Positions 19,475-27,930 of a stretch of DNA of 64,000 nucleotides are shown one piece after another (position 1 is the first letter of the stretch; each line of letters starts with the position of its first letter). The stretch is from Candidatus Saccharimonadota bacterium. GTDB taxonomy: Bacteria > Patescibacteriota > Saccharimonadia > QS-5-54-17. The DNA lies in assembly GCA_050486185.1 (NCBI GenBank), contig JBJHCT010000001.1, positions 178,866 through 242,865 on the forward strand, written 5' to 3'. The position numbers were made by a program, and so were the translations under genes. Under the pieces are notes generated by a model, which saw only the letters and a list, made by a program, of their open reading frames with translations, made no database searches and had not been told where the DNA came from.

Positions 19475-21172
19475 TTAACTTCTATCTAGTAATTCACTAG
19501 TATTATCATAATTTGGCTTTACTGCTAATCCCTTTTTTCTTTGTGTGTAAGTAGAGTCAGCTAAAGTTTCTGCCATATCGAAAGTGGCATCTCTATAGCC
19601 ATAATCTCCACCTGGACGTATTCGTAAATGAGTTAGGTAGTCCCACTGCATAAGAGGGCCACTCATTAGTAATCTAGACTGATGTCCTAGTGGTAGTACG
19701 TGTTGCATAAAACCATAGTCTTGATCTGGGCCTAAGACAGTTTTTATATCTTCATAAAATCTATAGATATTATCATAAAGATCTACCATGTCTTGATTCC
19801 ACTCATCTTCCACAGACCTAAGGCTACTGGTTCTAGAGATGACATGGCTACGATTGAACCCAGTTCTAATTACGGCATCGTGGTTATCGGTCTCTAGCAT
19901 AGTTGCTAACCTGCCCATGGCTCGGTGCCTATTGAAGTCTCTTTGATAGGCTAGCGCAGTATCTATATCCATAACATGACCGCGTATATCAGCAGCGTTG
20001 CGTAAGATATTATGATGCGTGTGATCATTAAAGATAGTTCTTAGTAGATCGGCCTGCTCAACTTCTGGTAGTTGGTTGACAAATCCTAGCGCTTCATCGA
20101 ACCCTATATTAGGCAAGATAGTCATGATATAGCCAGCAACTACTTCATTTCCTGGACGAATTGCAGCATTAGCTTCAATAAGTTCTACGGATGTTTCTTG
20201 AGGACTTGGAGTAGTTTGCAGTCTAGATAGAGATAACTCTTTAAGACGACTAAACTCCGGTGTTTGATCCAGTGACTCTTTGAGTCTTTCGGTATTTTTA
20301 CTAATAGTATCAGAGCCTTTAGCGTACTTAAGTAGTCCTGCTAAATCGGCCTGTATATCCTCGCTGCCTTCGTAGCGTTTTAGGCTGAGCAGTGTAGTTA
20401 GTTGGTCTGCTAATCTTTGGCCATAGAAATCTTGACGTTGATCAAGCTGAGTAATTAAGCTGATAGCTTCTCTGACATCAAACTGCAAGGACATACTAGT
20501 TCTACCGCCAAACGGTATCCAAGCTCTAGCAGCATCCAAAGCTCTTTTGTCCATAGCCCCCTCTTTAGCATCTGGATGCTCTTTTCTAACAAAGTCCATC
20601 AATCCATCTTTTATAATAGGGAACCATTTAGCGAAACCATCGTGAGCTTGACGTTGCAAAACCTCCCAATCCGTCACTAACTGCTGCCTGCGAGCATCTT
20701 CTAAGCCGCTAATATCTACTAGGCTTTCTAGGGCGGTAACTGTTGGGTTCTTCAGCTCGACATATCTAGTAGAGGTTTCTTGACCTCCTACCAAAACCAA
20801 GTGGTTGAATATCCAATATGCCTCGCTCATAGGCAGGTTATTTAGATGCACCATAAGTGGGCTCATGTTGGCTATCGATTGGTGTCCATATCCAAAAAAC
20901 ATATCGATCTTTTCTGAATGGGTTACGTCTCTTATCTCTGCGTAAATACCTTCATGAGGGTCATCACTGCGAGAAGTTCTAGCGCCAGCCCACGGTATGG
21001 CTGCATGAACATCATATCCATCATTAAACTCTACGAACACAGCTGTAATGTCGGTCTCTGAGCTTTTTACATTAAATAGCCTTACACCGGTTTCTTTCGG
21101 GTCAGATACCGATAGCTCGTATTCTGGCGGTAGTTGTTGTGATTCTGGCTTGGTGGTTGTTTGTTCTGACAT
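19475..21172 (-). CDS. ThyX-like (FAD-dependent thymidylate synthase family) protein, expanded/tandem architecture
   Basis: N-half GHQSIANMSPLMVHLNNLPMSEAYWIFNH...GQETSTRYV aligns with the ThyX GHE..FEH...RHR...S.RY region, but has FNH in place of RHR. C-half has NRHRAMGRL and a VLPLGHQSR...YLTHLR tail like ThyX. Confidence 0.5.
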   Translation of the reverse strand: MSEQTTTKPESQQLPPEYELSVSDPKETGVRLFNVKSSETDITAVFVEFNDGYDVHAAIPWAGARTSRSDDPHEGIYAEIRDVTHSEKIDMFFGYGHQSIANMSPLMVHLNNLPMSEAYWIFNHLVLVGGQETSTRYVELKNPTVTALESLVDISGLEDARRQQLVTDWEVLQRQAHDGFAKWFPIIKDGLMDFVRKEHPDAKEGAMDKRALDAARAWIPFGGRTSMSLQFDVREAISLITQLDQRQDFYGQRLADQLTTLLSLKRYEGSEDIQADLAGLLKYAKGSDTISKNTERLKESLDQTPEFSRLKELSLSRLQTTPSPQETSVELIEANAAIRPGNEVVAGYIMTILPNIGFDEALGFVNQLPEVEQADLLRTIFNDHTHHNILRNAADIRGHVMDIDTALAYQRDFNRHRAMGRLATMLETDNHDAVIRTGFNRSHVISRTSSLRSVEDEWNQDMVDLYDNIYRFYEDIKTVLGPDQDYGFMQHVLPLGHQSRLLMSGPLMQWDYLTHLRIRPGGDYGYRDATFDMAETLADSTYTQRKKGLAVKPNYDNTSELLDRS

Positions 21173-21194
21173 CTCGATACCTCCTTAAAGGGTT

Positions 21195-21851
21195 TTACAT
21201 CATCTTCTCTACTTCACTAACTATCCTTTGATGAACTTCATCAGGACTACCGCCACCATCAATCAGTGGGATATTTAAATCCTCTGCTTCCTGCAAATAA
21301 CCGTTCATAATCCTAACCAGAACTCCTTCATCCATGTTTTCGAAGTAGTCCTTACTTCTGGTAGTATCACTTGATATCCTGCGCCTTCTTTCGCCTTCCT
21401 CTAGGTGGATTATCAACTCTAAGTCTGGAGTGGCGTGTGTAGTAGCTCGTCGGCACTCGTCTCTAACGTATTGTAGGTCTAAACCTTCACCATGACCCTG
21501 ATAGACATGTGATGAGAGTCTATTGCGGTCACAAATTACCCACTTGCCAGCATCAAGCTCTGGAGCTATCACCTGCTTCTGAAGCTCGATTCTAGCAGCA
21601 TTAAATAGATACAAATTAGTCTCTGGTTCTCGCTCTAGTTCGGGGTCTTTGAGTGTGGTTCTAATAGCCTCTCCAATTGGAGTGCCACCGGGCTCCCTAA
21701 TATCAGTTCGAGACTCTATACCTTGAACCGCTAGCCATCCAGCCAGCATCTTGACTTGAGTGGTTTTCCCTACTCCGTCTCGGCCCTCTATGACTAGATA
21801 TTTACCTCGTTCTGGCGGTTTTGCTTGCTGGCTTTCAATAGTTCGATTCAC
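21195..21851 (-). CDS. tmk: Thymidylate kinase
   Basis: P-loop LVIEGRDGVGKTTQ, DR.R.SSHVYQG and a lid region, in the typical Tmk arrangement. Confidence 0.8.
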   Translation of the reverse strand: MNRTIESQQAKPPERGKYLVIEGRDGVGKTTQVKMLAGWLAVQGIESRTDIREPGGTPIGEAIRTTLKDPELEREPETNLYLFNAARIELQKQVIAPELDAGKWVICDRNRLSSHVYQGHGEGLDLQYVRDECRRATTHATPDLELIIHLEEGERRRRISSDTTRSKDYFENMDEGVLVRIMNGYLQEAEDLNIPLIDGGGSPDEVHQRIVSEVEKMM

Positions 21852-22726
21852 TTGGACCTCCTGCGCTTGTTCTGTAAATCTTTAAGTTGGTGAATCTGAT
21901 CTGGTCTAGCTTTAGGTAGCATCATTTCTGGCTTCCAGTCCTTGATTAGATCTAGTAAGCTGGCACTGCGTTGGTAACTACCGGTATCTTCATAGGAGCC
22001 GGCAACTCTACCAGTACCTTCAAAAACGAACTGGCCAACCTCATAGCCAACCGGTATAGCTGTAGTTTGATTACGGCCATTTTCGGTCTCTACCGTCCAG
22101 CGGTTGATATATCCTGGATCACCTAGTCCTGCATCTCGACATACCTGGATAGCGTTTCTACCAGTAGTACTTCTAGCATACATTCTAGTAGTTCCAGGTC
22201 CCTTAATGCCGATAAATTCATGGCTGTGGTTTAAGTTTTGTTGATGGGGGCCAAATACAAACATAGGGGTATCTTCTGGGATATTTTCCCATTTAGTCCC
22301 GTGATTCTGAGCCGACCATTGTTTATGTGATATAGCTTGGTCTTTTCGGTAGTGTTTCTCTATATCCTGAGAGTCAAACATGTTGTGGAAAGTACCTAAT
22401 TGAGTATCGATTACATAAGTATGCTCACCAAGCACGAAATTGTAACTAGCTGGGTTTAGTTGTGATTCACTGTATGGATATATAACTATATGCCCATCAA
22501 GCAGGGCTTCTTTAATATCGAGGTTGCTATAGACACCGCGGTTTAAGTATTTATTGGGATCGTACTCGATTTCAGCTAATTCAACTCTGAGAGATATATC
22601 TTCTGGTAATTCCACATCACCCCACCCTGATTTCAGAGAACTCTTATATTCTTGAACTTCATTTCTAATAGCTAATCTATCTTTTTTCGATAGTTTACGT
22701 CGGTTGATTAAATTAATCTTTGCCAA
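21848..22726 (-). CDS. dCTP deaminase/dUTPase-family protein with N-terminal extension
   Basis: LNPASYNFVLGEHTYVI and ...GLGDPGYINRWTVETEN...GQFVFE align with the Dcd motifs (V.DVRLGN.F ; IDPGW.G...LE..N). Confidence 0.65.
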   Translation of the reverse strand: MAKINLINRRKLSKKDRLAIRNEVQEYKSSLKSGWGDVELPEDISLRVELAEIEYDPNKYLNRGVYSNLDIKEALLDGHIVIYPYSESQLNPASYNFVLGEHTYVIDTQLGTFHNMFDSQDIEKHYRKDQAISHKQWSAQNHGTKWENIPEDTPMFVFGPHQQNLNHSHEFIGIKGPGTTRMYARSTTGRNAIQVCRDAGLGDPGYINRWTVETENGRNQTTAIPVGYEVGQFVFEGTGRVAGSYEDTGSYQRSASLLDLIKDWKPEMMLPKARPDQIHQLKDLQNKRRRSK

Positions 22727-22810
22727 TTCATCTGCCCTCGTTTTGGTTGAAGTTAATTATGGCATGGCCAATCTCAACCACCAAGCACAGGCGTTTTAGA
22801 ATATGAGGTT

Positions 22811-23770
22811 TTAGATACTACTAATATCCAGCCTTATACTAGGCCCCATACTGGTAGTTAATACAGCTTTTTGCATGTAAACACCCTTTGATGAACCGGG
22901 CTTAGCTGCCTTAATAGCTTGCAGAAGGGTGTCAAGATTGTCTTTAAGTTGTTCTGGTTTATAACTAACTTTACCGACTGCTTGGTGGATTATGCCGTAT
23001 TGATCAACTCGGTACTCTACTCTTCCAGCTTTTAGTTCTTTGACTACTTTAGCTACATCGGTAGTGACTGTACCGGCTTTAGGGCTAGGCATAAGTCCTT
23101 GTGGCCCTAAGACTTTAGCTTGCTTACTTAAGTCTTTCATGACATCAGGATGAGCTACTAGTATATCGAAATCTACCTTACCTTTACTTATCTTAGCTAA
23201 GAGGTCTTCATAGCCTGCTAAATCAGCACCGGCTTTTTTGACCTTATCAACTTCAGAATCCGGTACTATAGCGGCGACTTTCTGAGTTTTGCCGCTACCG
23301 TGAGGTAGTATCACCTGACCCCTAACTAGTTCATCTGATTGCTTAGGATCTACTCCTAGGTTGATGTGGAGTTCAACAGTAGCATCAAACTTCACAGTTG
23401 AGCTGTCTTGAGCTAGCTTGATAGCTTCCTCTATAGGGTATTGCTTGCCCTGCTCAACTTTATCGCGGGCTGCTTGGTAACGTTTACTACTACGCAAATA
23501 TCTTGGTTTCGGTGGGTTAGCTTTAACTTTTGGCTTCTTGTCTTTCCCTTTAGCTGACTCTTCATCTTGCTTTGCAGCTTTAGCCTTGGACTTTGGTTTA
23601 TCATCTTCGTCCTCACTAGTTTTATTCGACTCAGCATCAGCTACAGCCTTGAATATGGCGCTTTTTAGATCATCAGCTCGCTTATATTCATCTGGGTTAA
23701 TACCTAAAGTGGCGGCGTACTCATTGAGCTCGCCACGTTTCATTTGCTTGATTTCGCTTTCAGTTGCCAT
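22811..23770 (-). CDS. rplA: 50S ribosomal protein L1 with ~90-aa Lys/Glu-rich N-terminal extension
   Basis: L1 core (KFDATVELHINLGVDPKQSDELVRGQVILPHGSGK...). The N-terminal ELNEYAATLGINPDEYKRADDLKSAIFKA looks like a SAP/Rho_N-like helix-loop-helix. Confidence 0.9.
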   Translation of the reverse strand: MATESEIKQMKRGELNEYAATLGINPDEYKRADDLKSAIFKAVADAESNKTSEDEDDKPKSKAKAAKQDEESAKGKDKKPKVKANPPKPRYLRSSKRYQAARDKVEQGKQYPIEEAIKLAQDSSTVKFDATVELHINLGVDPKQSDELVRGQVILPHGSGKTQKVAAIVPDSEVDKVKKAGADLAGYEDLLAKISKGKVDFDILVAHPDVMKDLSKQAKVLGPQGLMPSPKAGTVTTDVAKVVKELKAGRVEYRVDQYGIIHQAVGKVSYKPEQLKDNLDTLLQAIKAAKPGSSKGVYMQKAVLTTSMGPSIRLDISSI

Positions 23771-23781
23771 AGTCTAACTCC

Positions 23782-24111
23782 TTAATTTTCTTCCACTGCT
23801 TTTATAATATAAGTATCAGCTCCGTTTTCTGGAACATGCATAACTCTAGAACCTCTACTCTGCTCTGAGTGAACTATCACTACAGGCCTACTGCCGTTAC
23901 TGCCATAGATATCAGCATCGTATATATCCGGACTAGGTTTTTGATCAACGAGACCTAAGCTCATTCGAGTTATACCTATAAATCCAGATGACAAAAAATT
24001 TGCCGCCCGGTCTCTAGCTTGACGACGAAGTGAGTCGCCTTTGAATTGTCTAACTTCTTTCATGTAATCTCCTTCGTGGTTCAAACGCCAACTATGTATT
24101 GGCTCCCACAA
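23782..24111 (-). CDS. Hypothetical protein inserted between rplK and rplA
   Basis: 109-aa ORF with no motif. A probable real start is the internal MKEVRQFKG. Confidence 0.3.
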   Translation of the reverse strand: MWEPIHSWRLNHEGDYMKEVRQFKGDSLRRQARDRAANFLSSGFIGITRMSLGLVDQKPSPDIYDADIYGSNGSRPVVIVHSEQSRGSRVMHVPENGADTYIIKAVEEN

Positions 24112-24124
24112 ACTTTAGTTTATA

Positions 24125-24547
24125 CTAACTCTCTACCTCAACTCCCATGCTACGGGCTGAGCCGGCTACAACCTTCTTGGCAGCCTCTAAATCATCCGTA
24201 TTCATGTCTTGGAGCTTCTCTTCCGCTATCTCAGTAAGTTGGGCTTGGGTAAGTTTGCCTACCTTCTCCTTGTTGGGCTCACCTGAAGCCTTATCTATAC
24301 CGAGCTTTTCTCTGATAATCTCATCGGTAGCTCTACCTTTAACTTTAAAGTCAAAACTACGATCGTCGTAGATAGTGACGTATACTGGCAAGTCTCCTCG
24401 CATCTCTTTGGTCTGTTCGTTGAATGGGTTTATAAAGTCCATCATATTTACACCATACTGACCCAATATAGAGCCTACTGGTGGTGCCGGAGTAGCTTTG
24501 CCGGCCGGAATCTTCATCTTGATATTTGCTATTACTTCTTTAGCCAT
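24125..24547 (-). CDS. rplK: 50S ribosomal protein L11
   Basis: The KMKIPAGKATPAPPVGSILGQYGVNMMDF region is typical of L11. Confidence 0.9.
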   Translation of the reverse strand: MAKEVIANIKMKIPAGKATPAPPVGSILGQYGVNMMDFINPFNEQTKEMRGDLPVYVTIYDDRSFDFKVKGRATDEIIREKLGIDKASGEPNKEKVGKLTQAQLTEIAEEKLQDMNTDDLEAAKKVVAGSARSMGVEVES

Positions 24548-24559
24548 GGTTTTCTCCTA

Positions 24560-25108
24560 TTAAACTTTATCTACCTGCAGGGAATCTAGCTCTACAGGAG
24601 TTTCCCTACCGAATATATTAACTAGTACTTTAATCTTGCCTTTTTGTTCATCGATCTCAGCAACATTACCATCAAAGCCTTTAAACGGCCCATCAGTAAT
24701 ATTGACAGCTTCACCTTCGGTAAAGTTCATCTTGTATTTAGGCTCTTCTACACCCATACGCTTCTTGATAGAGCGGATTTCATCATCATCAACTGCTGTA
24801 GGAGTATCACCACTACCGACAAAGCCGGTAACGTTTTGAGTATTGCGGATAGCGTACCAGCTCTCATCACTCATAATCATCTCAACTAATACGTAGCCTT
24901 GGAAGATTTTGTTCTCTACCACTTTACGCTTACCGTTTTTAATCTCGATCTGTTTTTCTTTAGGTACGATCACGTCAAAAACTTTATCGCCCAAATCTAG
25001 TGATTCTACGCGCTGCTTGATACTTTCTGCTACTTTGTCTTCATAGCCAGAATAGGTGTGCAAAGCATACCATTTACGTTGATTGTTCTCTATCTTCTCG
25101 TCATTCAT
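24560..25108 (-). CDS. nusG: Transcription termination/antitermination factor NusG
   Basis: KWYALHTYSGYEDKV NGN domain plus a C-terminal KOW domain. Sits between secE and rplK. Confidence 0.9.
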   Translation of the reverse strand: MNDEKIENNQRKWYALHTYSGYEDKVAESIKQRVESLDLGDKVFDVIVPKEKQIEIKNGKRKVVENKIFQGYVLVEMIMSDESWYAIRNTQNVTGFVGSGDTPTAVDDDEIRSIKKRMGVEEPKYKMNFTEGEAVNITDGPFKGFDGNVAEIDEQKGKIKVLVNIFGRETPVELDSLQVDKV

Positions 25109-25121
25109 TTATATTGCTTCC

Positions 25122-25310
25122 TTATAGTCCTAAGATTAGGTTTTGTAATACTTCTATTAATCCAAAGTCGACAGTTGCGATAAAGGCGGCTACTAGTCCC
25201 GACATTACAATCACCGCAATAGTTAGCTTGATTGATGTTTGTCGATTAGGCCAAGTAACTTTTTCTAGTTCCTGCCATGACTCCTTAAAATAGGTTAGCA
25301 AAGCTCGCAA
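25122..25310 (-). CDS. secE: Preprotein translocase subunit SecE
   Basis: 62 aa, single TM segment, immediately upstream of nusG. Confidence 0.8.
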   Translation of the reverse strand: MRALLTYFKESWQELEKVTWPNRQTSIKLTIAVIVMSGLVAAFIATVDFGLIEVLQNLILGL

Positions 25311-25360
25311 GACTTCTAATCTCCTTTGGTTATTAGATAGACCAAGACATAGGTTCTTTC

Positions 25361-25390
25361 AAAAGAAAAAACCTATAAATGTATAGGCCT
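25361..25390 (-). terminator. Rho-independent terminator between the GC-rich island and secE
   Basis: Reverse strand: CCUAUA-CAUU-UAUAGG followed by UUUUUUCUUUU. Confidence 0.5.
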
Positions 25391-25519
25391 TTTGTCAATA
25401 ATACTACTATTTTTAGTAGTGGTCAACGTTTTATTGTGGTTTATAACATGAGCAACACTTCTTCTTTGTTTTCTAGTTTGGTCTTGTATCTATTGGGTGT
25501 CAAATATCCCAGTGACTGT

Positions 25520-26885
25520 CGAATGGTTCCGGGTTGCCTTGCATCTCGAAAGTTCCCGCGTCGAGGTCACAGACGATAAGCACGGTCATGGTGTCCTCCT
25601 ACGGCTCGATTGGATAGCGGATGTAGGCGACCCCGCGTCCACCGCGACCCGAAAAGGGACCTGTGTTACCAGCCGCACCGCCGCCACCTGCGCCTGTACC
25701 ATGCGTTCCGGCACCGCCTGTGGGAGACGCATCGCTACCTCCTGCGCCGCCGCCGCCAGCACCACCGGCACCGCCAGCATCACGACCGCCCCCGCCGCCG
25801 CCACCGCCGCGAATGACGCTCGACCCGGTGAAGTCGGATGACTCCCCGGCCCCACCGGCACCACCTGTCGTCCACGTCGGGCCGTTCGCCCCCGCCGCCG
25901 AGGTTCCACCGCCACCGCCGCCCGAGTCGTCAGCCGAGCCGTCGCCACCGTCGTTCCCTTGACCTGATGATCCACTGCCCCCGGTTGAACGAGATGCTCC
26001 ACCGCCTCCTGAACCTCCTGAGCCACCAACCTGCTGCCCCGAACCAAAAGTACCCCCACCACCGCCGCCACCAGTTGCAGTCACACCCGCAAACGTCGTG
26101 TTCGAGCCTGCATTACCTCGCCCACCGCCGGTTACACCGGCACCTTCTGCACCGACCACCACGGGGTAGACGGAAGCCGCGACCGGGACACTGCCCGTGC
26201 GCCGACCACCGGCACCGCCACCGCCACCGCCACGGATACCCGAAGATCCGCCACCAGCGCCGCCTCCAGCGACCAGGTAATACTCGACTTCTTCGTCCGT
26301 ACCCGGATCTAGAACCGTAAAGTTGGCTGACCCCGCCGCCGCGAACGTATGAAGCCTATACTGCCGACCGTCGATGGTGATGGTCGACTCGGTGCCGCCA
26401 GTTGCCGAGACAGAAACCCACACATCAGACGCAATGATCCCGCGACGAAGCAGCCGCATCAGGTGACCGCCTGTGCGCCGGTCATAACCCACTCGTTCGT
26501 AGCGTGCTTCGTGAGCACCGCCGTGCCGTACCGGTCGAGCGTCCCCGCTAGACGAACCGTAACCCCAGAGCCACCCACGACGGTCACGCCACCTGCACCG
26601 GCCGCATAGACCTCGATCACACTGCCCACCACAAACGCGACCGACGAGTTAGGCGGGACAGTGACAGTCACCGCGGCGGTATTGGTGAACCGCTTGACCG
26701 TCCCCGCGTCGGCCAGGGCGAGTGTGTAGGTCGTGCCCGATTCGTCAGAGAGCGCGACAGACGCGACAGAGTCGCCAATCTGTCCATCTACGTAGCCCTT
26801 GTTGGCGATATCAGCATCATCGACAGGATCGGCTACTTGGGCGCGACCCCACTCGTCATAGACTAGGAGCTTATGCCCACCAGCT
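25520..26885. other. About 1.36 kb strongly GC-rich island of foreign composition (by eye roughly 65-70% GC vs ~40% flanks; not computed)
   Basis: An abrupt shift to GCC/GGC/CCG-dominated sequence. The low-GC sequence resumes at ~26885 inside fibre paralog #2, and at ~25520 inside a 30-codon ORF. Confidence 0.8.
25599..26459 (-). CDS. Glycine-rich protein resembling minor tail proteins of actinobacteriophages
   Basis: Has ...TITIDGRQYRLHTFAAAGSANFTVLDPG...YYLVAGGGAGGGSSG, then long poly-Gly tracts, ending VAYIRYPIEP. A start at 26459 gives a TGATG stop/start overlap with fibre #2. The ORF track shows an alternative start at 26492. Other ORFs in this region are GC-mirror artefacts. Confidence 0.5.
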   Translation of the reverse strand: MRLLRRGIIASDVWVSVSATGGTESTITIDGRQYRLHTFAAAGSANFTVLDPGTDEEVEYYLVAGGGAGGGSSGIRGGGGGGAGGRRTGSVPVAASVYPVVVGAEGAGVTGGGRGNAGSNTTFAGVTATGGGGGGGTFGSGQQVGGSGGSGGGGASRSTGGSGSSGQGNDGGDGSADDSGGGGGGTSAAGANGPTWTTGGAGGAGESSDFTGSSVIRGGGGGGGGRDAGGAGGAGGGGAGGSDASPTGGAGTHGTGAGGGGAAGNTGPFSGRGGRGVAYIRYPIEP

Positions 26886-27007
26886 GTTGTTCCATCATGT
26901 ACTCTAAGAGTCTTATTAGTAGTATCTACTGTAACTTCTCTATTAACGCCAGTAAAAGCATCGTTCTCTGCTTCGGTTCCACCTCTTAGTTGTACTTGGT
27001 CTGGCAT
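26459..27007 (-). CDS. Tail-fibre-repeat paralog #2: chimeric, with low-GC conserved N-module fused in frame to a high-GC C-terminal domain
   Basis: First ~40 codons are nearly identical in nucleotides to the other paralogs. From ...HDGTTAGG|HKLLVYDEWGRAQ the protein stays homologous (DEWGRAQVADPVDDADIANKGYVDGQIGDSV), but the DNA becomes GC-rich. Confidence 0.7.
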   Translation of the reverse strand: MPDQVQLRGGTEAENDAFTGVNREVTVDTTNKTLRVHDGTTAGGHKLLVYDEWGRAQVADPVDDADIANKGYVDGQIGDSVASVALSDESGTTYTLALADAGTVKRFTNTAAVTVTVPPNSSVAFVVGSVIEVYAAGAGGVTVVGGSGVTVRLAGTLDRYGTAVLTKHATNEWVMTGAQAVT

Positions 27008-27053
27008 AGCGTTAGTTACTCTTCCTAAATCCTTATGGATTATTGTTGTCTCT

Positions 27054-27083
27054 ATACTAAGTTAGTGGGGTGAGTTTAGTCAA
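27054..27083 (-). promoter_or_regulatory. Promoter of paralog #2 (TTGACT-N18-TAGTAT); 5'UTR shared with paralog #5
   Basis: Reverse strand: TTGACTaaactcaccccactaactTAGTAT. The downstream UTR ...caacaataatccataaggatttaggaagagtaactaac matches the paralog #5 UTR. Confidence 0.4.
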
Positions 27084-27258
27084 ATCAGTGTGTGGGGCTA
27101 TACTCCAACAATGCTGAATTCAATCTTGCTTGAGAAGATGAGAATATTGCAAGATGAATAGTAGAAGTTTATAGAGTGAATCTCTCCAATATAAACAGCC
27201 ACTTCCTAAGCAGATATATGGTATATTTTGCTATAATTCTTAAATATTATGGAGAGAT

Positions 27259-27600
27259 ATGAGTAACGATAATACTTTTAAGAATTTTAAGAACTACTAT
27301 CATTCAATCTCAAAACAGAGCTTGGATGAGGAGAGCTTTTTGAGACTAGCTAGTAGAGCTATCTCTGCATACAAAGAAGATCCTAGTATGAGGGAAGATA
27401 TAGCTAGAATAATGACTGGGATTTGGATTAGCAATCTGGACGTAGAAGAAGGTTCAGAGATAGATTTAATAGGCGGTGAATTTGCTGATTTAGAATTACC
27501 AGATGCCCATATTGATATATCTGACTTTAGTAGTGTGGAAGAAAAATGGGGTGCTTTAGAGAAGAAAATTGACCAAGCAATAAGCTCGAGAAAGCAATAA
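27259..27600 (+). CDS. Hypothetical protein
   Basis: 113-aa acidic ORF with no motif. Confidence 0.35.
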   Translation: MSNDNTFKNFKNYYHSISKQSLDEESFLRLASRAISAYKEDPSMREDIARIMTGIWISNLDVEEGSEIDLIGGEFADLELPDAHIDISDFSSVEEKWGALEKKIDQAISSRKQ

Positions 27601-27641
27601 TAAATTAAATTTTATTCTAAGTCTTCTTGGTCGCCCTCTTC

Positions 27642-27851
27642 TTATTCTTCCTCCTGAGTTTGATCCTCTTCCTCAGGCTGATCTTCTTCAGGGGCTATAA
27701 ACTCACCATCTCTATAAGTCCAGCCTGGGCCGGCTGCACCGGTTACTTCTATTAGTTCTGTGCCTTCTGGTGGTGTGTATTGCGCTTCACCATCCCAAAC
27801 TATAACGTTAGTGACATTGCCGCTTTTGTCTACTACTGCATATCTTCCCAT
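27642..27851 (-). CDS. Small hypothetical protein with acidic C-terminal tail
   Basis: 69 aa: MGRYAVVDKSGNVTNVIVWDGEAQYTPPEG...EEEDQTQEEE. Confidence 0.3.
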   Translation of the reverse strand: MGRYAVVDKSGNVTNVIVWDGEAQYTPPEGTELIEVTGAAGPGWTYRDGEFIAPEEDQPEEEDQTQEEE

Positions 27852-27930
27852 ATTTAACCTCCATTAAAGATTTAAAATATTGATTTTGATAACTAAATTA
27901 TAGCAAATCTTTTATGCTAGGATAGTATAT

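Noticed and set aside
25586-26320. Multiple long ORFs on both strands inside the GC-rich island (Pro-rich 25663..25962, Arg/His-rich 25838..26320, Ala/Val-rich 25586..26071, and others)
   Set aside because: High-GC DNA lacks stop codons in all frames. The Pro-rich frame is simply the reverse complement of the Gly (GGN) codons. Only the Gly-rich frame is contiguous and translationally coupled with the fibre gene.
25599-26492. CRISPR array or DGR variable region as an explanation for the repetitive GC-rich tract
   Set aside because: The repeats are irregular Gly-codon runs inside an ORF, not fixed-length direct repeats with spacers. No cas genes or reverse transcriptase are present in the window.
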